DNA from: Eledone cirrhosa
Taxonomy: Eukaryota
Direction of reading: 5' to 3'
DNA length: 64,000 nucleotides
NCBI GenBank assembly: GCA_964016885.1
Contig: OZ024743.1
Location: 93,434,001-93,498,000, forward strand
Made by a program: the position numbers and the translations under genes. Within the stretch, counting starts at the first letter, position 1. Each line of letters starts with the position of its first letter. Below are positions 13,811 through 26,779 of this stretch, piece after piece. A model generated the notes under the pieces. That model was not told the DNA's origin and searched no databases. It saw only the letters and a program-made list of their open reading frames with translations.

Positions 13811-14147
13811 TTCCTTCTTTATAGTCCCTTAGAGTAACTGGCTTCACACCTTGTTTTGGTACATACAAAAAAAAAATTCATTTTTGTCCTTTCTGTTCTT
13901 GATAAATGACATACCATCAACTTTAAGAATCATTCCTCATTCTGACAGGGTATCTTTTGGTGTTTTCACACATTAAATATTTCCATCTCTCACAAAATAG
14001 ATTCAATTCATTCCTCAAATAAAAAAAGTAATATAGGTTACGAATAAAAGTTGGAATTGAGTGATTTTATAAGAAATGTTGGCTTAAGTTCTAAAATAAT
14101 CTTTTGAGTGACCAGAATCAAGACAAAGTTAAATAGTGGCATTTTAC

Positions 14148-14647
14148 CATTTAATTTTCTTCTTCTTCACCCACATATTCCTGAGAGGGTCGTGGGGGCA
14201 GAATCCTCAAACACTCCTTCCGGCGGGTCCTGTCAGAAGCACCCATCTCCAACTGATCTGGCTAGATCCCCAAGTGAGACCAGCCAAGACATGGATGTTA
14301 TCCAACCATCTTGCTCGAGTTGTACACCCTGGGTCTCCTGCTGAGGCATAAAAGCCCAACTCGCTGTCTTCAATTCGGTATTCGTGCCAACCCTTACCTA
14401 TGGTCATGAATCTTGGGTAATGACCGAAAGAATATGATCACGAATACAAGCGACCAAAATGGGGTTCCTCTGAAGGGTCATTGGAATAACGTTACTTGAC
14501 GGAGATTAGAGAGGCACTTCAGGTAGAGTAACAACTTCTCTGAATTGATAGATCACACATCTGATACTATGGGCATGTAGTTAGAATGTCTCAGGAAAGA
14601 ATCACTGGACATATTTTACAGGCAAAACCAACCAGCATTTAATTTTC
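14148..14647 (-). mobile_element. RTE family C (Expander/Rex3-like) copy with inverted 5' segment and 12-bp TSD
   Basis: 14160-14345 is the 3' end on minus; 14346-14637 is the upstream part on plus (FVPTLTYGHESWVMTER); CATTTAATTTTC at 14148-14159 and 14636-14647. Confidence 0.82.
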
Positions 14648-14889
14648 ATTTCACAAAATTAGAAGTAAGATTTTTGCCATCTTCAAAGCATGACATCAAA
14701 GATATTTCAGAAACAATAAACACACAGGCCATGCACTGTGCTGTACATTTAAATTGTACACTTGCCAGCAGCTAATCATCTCTATGATGAACACACACAT
14801 ATATGTGATTTCTAAGATTGGCAGAGTCTCAACTTGTGCAAGAAAACACTCAATTAAATCAACCCACAATACTTAACAGGTATTTATTT

Positions 14890-15269
14890 AATCTCGAGTG
14901 CCAAATAAGAGTTGGAATAAGCAAGGGAGGGGGAGGGAGAAATCGGTAATTTTTCTAGGTTGTCTCTGTTGATTTTTTAAAAGACAGAATTAGTCATTTA
15001 GTTGACATATTGAGACCCCAACGCATCCTATTTATTTTATAACATATGGGATTTTTAATAATGTACTTTTTTCATCATGTATAATGTTTTTTAATGTATA
15101 AAGAAAATTGTCGTAGGAATGCTACTGCTTAAAATAAAATTTCACTGGAAATAGATTAGCAAAATTTAATAAGTGTGTGTGTGGGGGGGGGGGGGGGGTA
15201 ATAGCAGAGGCGGGGTGAAAAAAATATTTTTAATTAATGGGGGGGGGCATTATTTGAGACCCAAGAGTA
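14890..15269 (+). mobile_element. MITE T1
   Basis: Family body TTTTCTAGGTTGTCTC..; ends GACCCAAGAGTA. Confidence 0.78.
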
Positions 15270-15990
15270 TTCAACAAAGAAGCCCTTATATGATTGTTTA
15301 ACTTACAAGAATTATTCAGAAAAATAAATGGGCTACAGTTTGTCCATGACTGGTCTAGAGTCTGAGGAGAAATGAGGAACATGTTAATATCTGATGACTC
15401 CTACCTTCAAGAAAAAACTCTCAGCTTCTTTGAATTTTCAGAAAAGATCCTTCACCCCAGGATCTGAAATCAGCCTTGTTCTACCTTGCAAAATGTCTGT
15501 TGTGATCCCTTGGGCTTCAGGAAACTGTAACTCACATGAAACCAAACCAGCTGAAACTGGCCATTGTTCTAATAAATAAAAATTTCTCATTTTAAAGTGT
15601 TTATATTTATCTAAAAACTTCCCATCATATGCCCCAAACATCGGCTTAATAATGAGAAAATTAGTTATATTACTAAATCCCACTAAATAGTTGATTATTT
15701 TGGGAATAATTTGAAAACCATAGGCAGTGTCTTTCATTTATAGGACCCCTTTAGTTATGAATGGGCAAAACCAGCAATTGACCATGCACACCAAACTCCC
15801 TTCACCATTTCACTGATGGCAAAGGCTAATACAGCTAGGTACCAATGATGCTGCAACTCATTTTTTTTCCTGATGAATGACCTGGAGTAACATGAAATAG
15901 AGTGTCTTGCTCAAGACATGCTGCATTGCCCAATCTAGGAATTGAACTCACAAACTCATGATTGTGAGTCCAACTCTCTGACCATTAAGC

Positions 15991-16361
15991 TACTCTCGGG
16001 TCTCAAATAATTGCGCCCCCTCCCCCCCCACCCCACACACACACACAGTAATTTTTCAGATTTTTTCCAACTCCCACCCACTCTTATTTCACATGCTTAT
16101 TAAATTTTGCTAATCTATCTTTAATTTTCTTTATATATTAAAAAAACATTATACATGACAAAAAAGTACTTTTACATTACTAGAAACCCCTTGCATTATG
16201 AAATAAATAGGATGGGTTGGGTCTCTATATGTATACTAAACAACTAATGGTGGCTTTAAAAAAAAAAAAATCAACGGAGACAACCTAGAAAAATTACCGA
16301 TTTTCCACCCTCCCTCCCACTTATTCCACCCCACACCCCTATTATTTAGGACTCGAGAGTA
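15991..16361 (-). mobile_element. MITE T1
   Basis: TACTCTCGGGTC...GACTCGAGAGTA; body inverted relative to 14890. Confidence 0.8.
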
Positions 16362-16822
16362 TATACCTTCACTGTCTTTCATTAGAAATATGGTAATGAA
16401 AAGGTTAACATTTTACAAAATGTTCTATTACAGGGTGTGTTAATTATGTCAACATATGCTTCACTGGAAATGTCAACATATTGTCAGGAATTTGTTTGAA
16501 AGGTCATTTGTCTTGATCACTCAAACCGAAACTGTTTTTTTCACTAACTTAATATTTTTTCCAAGTACAAAAAAATCAATTGTGATTAATAATTAGATTG
16601 TATGTACACATGTATGTATGTGTGAGTGTGTGAATATGTATGTGTGTGAGTGTGCATATGTATGTGTGACCACTTTACAGTGTGGGTTGGGTTATTTTGT
16701 CACAATACCTATATGACCATTTTACAGTGTGGGCTTGGTGCTTTTTGTCACAATACTTACATGACCACTTTACAGTGCGGGTTGGGTGCTTTTTGTTGTG
16801 ACACCTAGCCCACTCTATAAAG

Positions 16823-18750
16823 TCATCATCATCATCATCATCACCGTTTTATTGTCCGTTCTTCCATGCTAGCATGGGTTAGACGGGTTGTCCTGTTGTG
16901 GGCAGTGTCTGGTCGGCTGACCATGCCTTGCTCATACAGGAACTGATTTGGCTTGATTTCTACAGCTGGATGCCCTTCCTAACACCAACCTCATTTACAG
17001 TGAGTGCTGGGTGCTTTTTCGTGGCGCCTACACATCCACTTTACAGTGTGGGCTGGGTGCTTTTTTGCCGTGGCACCTCCACGACCACCTTGCGGTGGGG
17101 GGGGGGCATATTGTCTATATGCTTCAGCTTGTACCCATGGGAGGTCGGGTACTCTGTATTACTGCGTGATACCAGAGGTCACAGTCGTGTGTCATTGCCT
17201 TTGAGAGGTGTAATTGGGTAAGGTCGGCTTTTATCACTTCATCCCAGGTCATCTTGGGTCTCCCCACTCCGCGGTTTCCATCGACTTCTAGTGCTCTGCA
17301 CCTTTTTATGCAGCTGTCATCCTTCATACGCATCACATGTCCATACCAGCACAACCGCCTCTCCTGCACACAGCATTTGATTCCTCTTATACTCAGTCTC
17401 TCTCTCAATTCATTTATGCTTTGTCGTTCACGTATATTACTGTTACACATCCATCGGAGCATGCAGGCTTCGTTTCTCTCTAATCTACGTAAGTCTTCCA
17501 CCTTCAGCGCCCAGGTCTCACTACCATGAAACATTGCTGTTCGGATACACGCATCATACAGTCTGCCTTTCATTCTGAGGGAGAAGCCTTTTGCAGCTAG
17601 CAGTGGTAGTAGTTCTCTAAACTTCTTCCATCCCATTCTTACCCTAGTTATTGTACTTTCTGAACACCCACCTCCGCTGCTAATTCGGTCACCTAGGTAG
17701 CAGAAGCTGTCTACTGTTTCTACAGAGCCCTCCCAGAGATTGGTGGTACTTGTTCCCTGTGGCTGTTTGCTGCTTGCTGTTTGCTGCTTGCTGTCCCAGC
17801 ACAGCTGCTGCATGTGAAGCCTACTTTCTTAATTAAGCTTCCTGAGATCCCGCTACATCTCTTGTGTACTCATTGTTTGCATTTGGAGCAGAGAATGGAG
17901 TTCCTACCTACACCTTTCCTACATACTGAGCAAGGCCATTTCCTTGAGGGGATCTGGGTTCTGTTTTCTCGTCTACTTACAAGGACCTTAGTCTTTGTCA
18001 TGTTGACTTTGAGATCCTTTCTTTCTAGTTCCTGCTTCCAAGTTTGGAATTTATTCTCTAGTTCTACCATAGATAGGTGCGAGGTCATCAGCATACAGGA
18101 GTTCCCATGGGCATCCGGTCTTAAACTCCTCCGTTATTGCCTGCAGGACTATGATGAACAGGAGAGGGCTAAGAACAGAGCCCTGGTGGACCCCAACCTG
18201 TACGCTAAATTCCTCGCTATACTCATTGCTAATCCTAACTTTGCTGACTGCTCCCCTATACATGGCTTGTACCGCTTTCACAAGCCATTCATCTACTCCT
18301 AGTTTTCTAAGAGCCCACCAGATTACAGCACGTGGAACTCTGTCAAAGGCTTTCTCAAGGTCGACAAATGCCAAGTAGAGTGGCTTACTTTTAGCTAGGT
18401 ACTTTTCCTGTAACTGCCTCACAAGGAAGAGGGCATCAGTGGTGCCTCTTCCTGGTACAAACCCAAATTGCATCTCGTCTATTTTCACCCGGTCCCTAAT
18501 CAACTGTGCTATAACTCTTTCTGTTACTTTCATGACCTGGTCCATCAACTTTATACCTCTATAGTTTCCTCTATCTAGTGCATCACCTTTACCTTTGTAG
18601 CAGTTGACAATGATGCTACTGCACCAATCTTTTGGTATGACACCTTCTAGTATTACCTGGTTAACAATACGTGTGGTTATAGTGTGACCTACAGATCCAG
18701 ATGCCTTCAGCATCTCGGCAGCTATACCCGATGGACCGGTTGCCTTCCCT
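16823..18750 (-). mobile_element. RTE family B-related LINE, RT region to 3' tail, decayed
   Basis: ORFs 18051-18791, 17870-18094 and 17124-17813: NYRGIKL, QFGF, FVDLEKAFD, GVHQGSVLSPLLF, YADD, FCYLG; (TGA)n tail at ~16823-16843. Confidence 0.92.
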
Positions 18751-18944
18751 GTGTTAGTGCAAATGTCATGATAAAAATGCACACAGTACATGCTGTAAAG
18801 TGGTTGGAATTAGGAAGGGCAACCGTCTGTAGAAACTACTGTCAAACAGGAACATAGAAGCAGAATATGGTCATCCAGCCTGTTTAGCCTTAGAATGTGA
18901 CAACCTGTCTAACCCATTTCCATGTGGAAAATGGACTTTGGCCT

Positions 18945-19950
18945 CCGGTCCCCAATCTCACTAGCTTTGCCGACGTATCTTTTGTTGGTAACCTCGTGCC
19001 GCATCCTCGTCAGCAGGGTTCTTCAAAACACAACAGAACCCTCTGTGTTCAGAGAACGTGAGGCCACCTGTGAGACGTGGGAACCGGCTGGGACTTAGCC
19101 CAGTAGACGTCCCCTCCTCCTTCTCCCCCTGTTGACGTCAAGTCCCCCCAATGCACTTGGGATGTGATCCAGTGCAACCTGGCCTCAGACAGGCTCACAC
19201 GCCAGCTCAACCAGCACCGATTGCTTGTTTTTGTGCGGCCTCCAAACCCCACAGTGGTGCCTGGTTCCATGCCCTGCCCTCCTTCTCCACTGGCACGCAG
19301 CTAGACAACCATAGCCTGCGCATCGGCGTTTCCCTGAGGCTCGGCCTCCGCATCTGCCAGCCACAGCAATGTCGCTGCGGTTCCACCGTGGACTCTTTCT
19401 GCCTCCACCCGCTTTCCTGTCGCCACAGAGCCGGCCACATTCCACGCCATGCTGCCCTCAACAAGGTCTTTAAGCGTGGCTTGGATGCTGCAGGCTTCCC
19501 TTCCCAGCTCGAGCCGGTGGGGCTGGATCGAGGGGACGGCAAAAGGCCAGATGGCATGACCATCTTCCTGTTCCGCGGTGGCAAACCCCTAGTCTGGGAT
19601 GCCACTTGCACTGACACTTTCTGCAGCCGCAACCTGGTGCAGTCTGCGACTGACCCAGGTTCTGCTGCACGTCAGGCTGAGGGGGCCAAACTCCTCAAAT
19701 AGCGGTTGCTCTCTGACAGGTTTGCGTACCCCTGGCAGTGGAGACTTCTGGTGTCCTCGGCCCCAGGGCTACCTTCTTACTCACCACCATAGGCGCTGAG
19801 CTGGCCAGCCGCCGGTGTGAGCCCTACGAGTTGGAGTGGCTCTTCCAGCGCGTCTCCCTCGCCGTCCTCCGGGGAAACGCCTTCTCCATTCTGTCTGCCG
19901 GGGCTGTGGGTGGGCCCCATCGCATACCGTTGTAGTTGTTGTAGAAGAAA
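18945..19950 (+). mobile_element. CRE-like non-LTR retrotransposon 3' part (zinc knuckle + restriction-like endonuclease)
   Basis: HSGAWFHALP..CRCG..HPLSC..RH..LN..LEPVGL...DGKRPDG..WDAT..ETSGVLG..WLFQRVSLAVLRGNA; GC-rich relative to flanks; stop/frameshift at ~19700-19735. Confidence 0.85.
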
Positions 19951-21651
19951 CGGGTCCCACTTGTATATTGTATATATTTTTTACACACCATTAACAAACA
20001 GTGTCTAAACGGATTAAAGACAGCATGCCGACTGTCCAACGTGACAATGTTGCATTTTAAAAGGTATCTATATTTGAAGTTCTAGTCAAATTTTAATTAG
20101 TTACCTACCTAGCTATGTGTGTCTACATTCTTTACAAATTATTCCCTGTGATTGTTTCATGTATTTATTTTATATATATATGTCAATCTATTTCTAGTTG
20201 ATATGTAATGCTCGGATCTAATCTTTGAGCTTCTTCTACGGTGGATATGGCGCATGTCTCTCAGACATGACAACCCTTAATTTTAATTTTGGATATATAT
20301 GCATACATATAGATTTTTCAAAAAATAATTGTATGTTTATATAGTGTATATATACATTACTCACACATATACACATATCTATATATAATAAATTTAATAT
20401 AGATGTAATGTAGATATAACTACAGTTTTTGAATTGCATAAAGGTATCTCTTGTGTTTTTTTCTGTGTACAGAGGAATACCAAAATATGTTCATATATAC
20501 ATTAAATTTATAGTTACAGCTTTATTAAATTTACCATAAATCTTCTAATATATGTTCTATTCATGGATAAATATATATTTTATAATTAATTTGATTGCCA
20601 AACATATACATGCCATACAAATTATTCTGTTTCAACTATACTCTACATCTTGTTTGACTTATATAGTGTTGCTATAGTAAGATTCCTCTGTATACAAAAT
20701 CATAGGGACAGCTATCTTCTAATGAGCAAACAAAAACCTCTGAAATGCATAAAGGTAATGTGCTTTTTTTGTGTACAGAGGAATAATGGAAAGTGTTTAT
20801 AATTCATTCTTTTCACACTGAAGGCTTCTAATTAAAAATTATTGTAGTTTGGTTGGTATGCTAGAGTAGTTTTTTATTGCCCTCTCTGTGTAAGCATAAA
20901 ACAAAAGATGTTTTTACTTACTTTGTACTATTCATGTTTTTTTCAAGGTTATTAGTAGACTACATTAGATGCAATAGGATTCTTGAAATGAAAATATTTA
21001 TGTGTAACTGTTCCACTATCTGTACACAATGACATCTCTTGCATGACTCATGTAGAAACTTTAAGATGTATTCTCTTAGTTCTGTGTATATTGACTGTAT
21101 GGTAATTCATTGCCAGTATTTATTTTGGTCTTTAAGTCAGCAAATTGGCAGTCATCAGATAGAATGGATAGTCATGGATAGAATGCTTTGTGCTATTCGT
21201 TCTAGCTCTCTACTCTCTGAGTTCAACTTTGTCTGTCATCCTTTCGAGATTGATAAAAAAAAGTACCAGTCAAGTAACTGGGGTTGATTCTTCCTCTATA
21301 TCTCTCTTACTTTCTATCTTTCTCTGGAAGGAATCTGCTGTACTCAGGCCTGGAGAGGGATGAGCTCCACCAGGCTTAAAATGCCCAAGAAACACTGTGC
21401 AAATGTGTTGATACGGCACCCCAACGGCTCCCTCGGGAGTTATGGGATGTAGAGAAGGAGAGATTTTGGTCTTTTACTCTCACAAGTTGTCCTCTGCTCT
21501 GCTTCATGGCTCATCACAAATATAATGGACTTGGTATTTTCACAATGAAGTTAGCTTCACAATTCAATTGTTGAGCATTTCAGCTGGACTTTGTAAGCTT
21601 ATAGACATGACATTGCAGAATCAGTATCTGTTCCCGCTTGTCTTTTTTACC

Positions 21652-22122
21652 TTAATCCTTTCACGACCACATTTCTAATGAAATGGACTCTATTTTAATT
21701 AATTATTGAAGAATTTTCAGGGATTTACTAAAACTATTAATTATTTCATTAGTAAGATAGTAACTTAATGTAAGGTTCTTATATAAAATTATGTTGGAAG
21801 ATTTTAATTAAAATTGAAAACCTTTAAAATGGGTGACTTTATTTCATAGAACCAGAGCTGGTTTGGGCCGGATTGGTAAGATAGTAACTTAATGTAAGGT
21901 TCTTATATAAAATTATGTTGGAAGATTTTAATTAAAATTGAAAACCTTTAAAATGGGTGACTTTATTTCATAGAACCAGAGCTGGTTTGGGCCGGATTGG
22001 TAAGATAGTAACTTAATGTAAGGTTCTTATATAAAATTATGTTGGAAGATTTTAATTTAAATTGGTGGTTTTGTTCATAGAATCAGGGCTGGTTTTAGCT
22101 AGGTTGGTAACAAAAGGTTTAA
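21652..22122 (+). mobile_element. P2-related TTAA-flanked element with internal 124-bp tandem duplication
   Basis: TTAATCCTTTCA...CAAAAGGTTTAA ends; near-identical units start at 21752, 21876 and 22000. Confidence 0.72.
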
Positions 22123-22255
22123 GTAATAATTTTTGACAGTTTGAATCAGTCTTTTAATTATGGTAACTTTGGAGATGATGCTATGTAGTTAAACTACCAT
22201 TGTTGAGCAAGTTCTTTGTATGTCGCACTTGAGTACTGTGTTCCATTATTACTTA

Positions 22256-22445
22256 GGGTGGCGGATTGGCAGTATCGGAAGAGGGTCGGACGCCATGCTT
22301 TGACGCATAGAGTTACGGCCCTTGCCATTCTGAGTTCAAATCCCGCCGAGGTTAACTTTGCCTTTCATCCTTACGGGGTCGATAAAATAAAGTACCAGTA
22401 ATGCACTGGGTAATTGCTGGCCTTGGGCCAAACGTAGTAACAATT
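22256..22445 (+). mobile_element. SINE family A
   Basis: Near-identical to 12445; TSD ATTATTACTTAGG. Confidence 0.88.
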
Positions 22446-22479
22446 ATTACTTAGGACCCTTGTGGGTATACCATATTTG

Positions 22480-22880
22480 TAGGCAGCATGGTGAAATGGC
22501 TAAGGAGTATGCTTTACAATCATTAGGTCCCAAGTTTGATCCCACAGCTTGACATCTTGGGCAAGTGTCATTTACAACAGTCAAAGATTGACCCAAGCCT
22601 TGTGAATGAAATTGGTCAGCCAGAAACCTTTTGGAAGCCCTTTGGATGGACTGTACCTGTAATTCAAAGGGCCAACATTGTCAAACATTGTATCACACTG
22701 AATCTCCCTGAGTATTACATTAAGTGTACATATGTCTAAAGAATTATCATCCACCTATATATTAATTTCATGAAGCAGCCTTATTAAATACCCTACTATA
22801 CTGAATCTCCCTGAGAATTACATTAAGTGCAATTACATGAACAAGCCGTACTGTTGATTGAACAACCGGAACAGTCATCG
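22480..22880 (+). mobile_element. Older SINE family C
   Basis: Degenerate tRNA-like head, CTTGGGCAAGTGTC core, and TGAATCTCCCTGAG module also seen at ~11010-11060 and 11390-11540; related head at 10340-10480. Confidence 0.55.
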
Positions 22881-24009
22881 GAAATAACCCAAGGAAGTTC
22901 AACGAAAAAAGATAATCAGAGAATATCTGTTTTGTTGCCGATATGACCATGTTGCCTGTCATTTTACTTATGATAGGAAACTTCTTCCTCTTCGCCACTT
23001 ATTCCTGAGAGGGTCATGGAGGCAGAGTTTTCAAACACTCTTCCAATAGGTCCTGTCAGAAGCAACCATCTCCAACTGATCCGACTGGATCCCCAAGCAA
23101 GACCAGACAAGCTCATAGATGTTATCCAACCACCATGTTCTGGGTCTACCTTTTGGTCTCCTGCCAATTGGTTTTGCCTGAAAATCTGTCCAGTGATTCT
23201 TACTACATGAGACATTCTAACTACATGCCCGATCTCTCAATTTGGAGAAGATCTACCTGGAGTGACTTTTTGATCTCTGAGCTACACACTCTATCGAGTA
23301 ACGTTAGTAAACTTGTAGTAATCAGCAATGATTAAATATTCATTTTCACTGAAATAAAATAGATCAATGCCAACAACTTCCCATGTTCGATTAGGAATTT
23401 TATGTGAGACAAGGGAGATATGGTAGAGCCATTACTCTGAATTGAGAGATTACAGCTCCAATACTACAGACATGTGATTAGAGAGTCTCAGGAAAGAATT
23501 GATTTTACAGGCAAAACCAACCAAGATTTTACAGGCAAAACCAACCAGCAGGAGACCCAGAGGAAGACCCTGAGCAAAATGGCTGGATAACATCTTTAGC
23601 AATAAGATATAATATATAATAGATATATCAACACGAATAATTATAATTATGTGTATTTGTTGTAACAGGAAAAGTGTGGTTTTGTTATATCAATACATGT
23701 AAGTTGAATTGAGGTTCGGCTGTAAGTCTCAAGCTGTTGTTGCTGTGAATATAACTCTGGAAAGAATATTTCCATATCACATTTAAAGACAATGGCTGTG
23801 GTAAATAGCATCACCAAGACTTTAGCATGTTTTTACATAATTTATTAACAAAGGTTAAGAGGTGGATTAAGTTGGCATGCCAAAAGAAATGAAATAAACC
23901 AATTAAGATTGCAAGAGAAGGTACGGTCGACTGGCTGAGGTGTTGGCCAGGCCTGTAGTAATGTTTTGTCGTTTCATATTGTTTGTGCTTGCGGAGCAAA
24001 AGAAGAATT

Positions 24010-24135
24010 GGTGTTTACCTTAGCAAGGTCACGCTGCAAGAGAGAGATTTATGAATCGCCGCGGGAATTTTTCCCTCTGGCGCGGAAGTCGAGATACATT
24101 CTCCTACGTTGGCGGCGATTGGCTGAACTGAGCCA
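24010..24135 (-). promoter_or_regulatory. Candidate CpG-rich promoter/first exon of a minus-strand transcript
   Basis: Local CpG cluster; minus strand reads AGCCAATCG (CCAAT), ACTTCCGCGCC (ETS/E2F-like), then donor-like AAG|GTAAAC at ~24018. Confidence 0.35.
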
Positions 24136-24479
24136 AACAACACACGTAGAATGTATCCATGAGCCCTCAGAATGTAGGTCACTACACATCCATGAACTTG
24201 GCTGATCTCACTTGGGGATCCAACTGGATCAAATGGCGATGCTTGCTTCTGACAAGACCTGCTGGAAAGAGTGTTTAAGGGCCTTGCCCCCACGACAGTC
24301 GTTGGAAGAAGAACGAGGAGGGTTTCTTAGAGTTCTGCAAGAAGATTTCATCACATATGGATGATTACATTCTATAGACAGTAAGCCAAGCTTAAAAATA
24401 TGCCTATACATGCCTTGATGACTGTAATGGAGTTGATCTACAAGCTGTCGTAAAGTCTGGACACATAACAAATAAGCTC

Positions 24480-25115
24480 CTTCTTCTTCGCCCACTTATT
24501 CCTGAGAGGATTGTGGGGGAAGAGTAATCAAACACTCCTTCCAGCGGGTCCTGTCAGAAGCAACTGTCTCCAACTGATTTGGCTGGCGCGTCAAGTGTGA
24601 CCGGCCAAGCATTTTGCTCAGGTTCTACCTCTAGATCTCCTGCCGGTTGATTTTGCTCGTAAAATCTTTCCAGTGATTCTTTCCTGAGACATTCTAACCA
24701 CATGGCCATAGTATCAGAGCTGTGATCTCTCAATTTGGAGAAGTAGCAGTTCTACCTGGTGTGACTCTCTGATCTCTGAGCTACGCACTCTATCGAGTAA
24801 CGTTACTCCAAAGACCCTTCAGAGGAACCCTTTTTTGGCTGCTTGTATTTGCGATCGTATTCTTTCAGTCATTACCCGAGATTCATGACAATAGGTAAGG
24901 GTTGGCAGGAATACTGAATTGAAGATAGCGAGTTTGGCTTTTACACCTACCTCCCTTCTTCTGATTCAAATGCTGATGCAGATGCATTATTGCACCAGCT
25001 CCTGCAATTCTTGCACTTAATGCAGCCTCCTGCCTTCCATCACCCGTGAGCATCGCCCCAAGATACTTGAACTTCTCCACCTGCTTCAGTGGAACACCAT
25101 TTCCATTTAGAGTGC
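24480..25115 (-). mobile_element. RTE family C 3' fragment
   Basis: VEKFKYLG..LPTLTYCHES.VMTERIRSQIQAA on minus; same 3' end as 14160; (GAA)n tail. Related fragments at 22985-23300, 23440-23600 and 24190-24320. Confidence 0.82.
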
Positions 25116-25376
25116 ACTGGATACATAAGCAAAATGCATATTTTCAATTAAAAAATTTAACATTTTATTTACTGTAGATACTCAAATATAAACTGACCCC
25201 TATTTTATATCTGAGAAATGGTAAAAAATCCAAACCCCGTTTATAAGCTGAGGCAGTTAATCAAAACATTACGGCGTGGTTTTGAAATTCTCATTTAAGT
25301 GGAGAAAATATTTACGAAGTTTTGGTATTTTGATATTTATGTCTTTTAGAGTATAGTTTTTGATTCACAAATCCAC

Positions 25377-25710
25377 TGCTCTTGCGTCCCCAATAATAGG
25401 GGGAGTTGTTGGAATAAGCGGAGGTGGTGAAAATCGGTAATTTTCTAGGTTGTCTCCGTTGATTTTTTTTTTTAAACCAGAATTAGTCGTTTAGTTTACA
25501 TATTGAGATTCCAACCCATCCCATTTATTTTATAACCTATGGGATTTCTAGTAATGTACTTTTTTTGTATTGTATAATGTTTTTTAATGTCTAAAAAAAA
25601 ATTGTCACAGGAATGCAACCACTTAAAATAAAATTTCGCCGAAGATAGATTAGCAAAATTTAATAAGCAGCGATGGTAGGGGTGGGGGCTATCATTCGCG
25701 ACTTGAGAGT
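25377..25710 (+). mobile_element. MITE T1
   Basis: Family body, degenerate TIRs. Confidence 0.75.
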
Positions 25711-26779
25711 CCGTAAAGATGTTTTTACTATTTCATCCATTTTATAAAGTTTCAAATTTCTCGAATTTTTGTTTACTTTTGACTACTCAAATGCTATGAG
25801 TATTTTGCTTTTCTTTAAAGCAGACAATAGCACCAGCTCTCGAATGAAACAGATTTTTAGTTAATAAACACATCTTTGGTTTCTTTATAATTTGGAAAAT
25901 AAATAAAGCATGAAGAAATTCTAAATGAATATAATATAAAGAAATGGATATATATATTTAGTTTAAAGCATTATTTAAAAAAAAAAAAAAGATTTTCTTT
26001 ACCCGTTATGGAGATCATTAAAAACACTAGGGAAGAGATAGAAATGAATAGAGAATAGTTGAAAGACATCAACTAAGATAACACAGTATAAGGATTCAGG
26101 AGAGAGTATAAGGATTTAGAGAGAGAAGAGAGACAGGGTGAGGAAAGGCGAGAGCTAGAGAATGGAGAGAGAGGGCGGAATGGAGAGAGAGAAAGAACTA
26201 AAACAAATCAAGATTGAAAAAAAAAAGTAAAAAGTACAATCACGTAAGTCACAGAGAAAAAAAGAGTCAGCGCACGTGTTTATGGTTGCGTGTGCATGCG
26301 TATATGCATTTATGTATTAAAAATTTCAAATAATAAAATTTTGTTTTCAAGGCATAATTAAAACTCCTGGCGGTATAGGAAATGTAGAAAATCAGTGTTT
26401 CCTTGCTGGTTGTGTTTTTAGTGGTTCAGTATGATAGCTTAACTGTGTGCATATTACTCCCAAATATTTCGGGAGTACCTGAAGGACAAAGGATTATATA
26501 TAAATTTGAACGACTTCTGTGCTTCTGTGTGAACGTATGTGTGTATAAAAGGAAGACAGGGGATGGTGAAAAAACTATAGCAAAATAGCGACTGGCGTTT
26601 CATTTGCTACGCTATGTGTGAGTGTTTGTGTGAATGGATGTCTGTGAGTGTATTTTTGTAAGTGTGTCTTGTTTGCGCGTTTATATTTACAATGCTTACA
26701 GAACAAAAGCATAAACAAATATAATATAAGGGAAAGAGAAAGGAAAAAAGAAAGAGAAAAGAAAAAAAACACATAAGTA

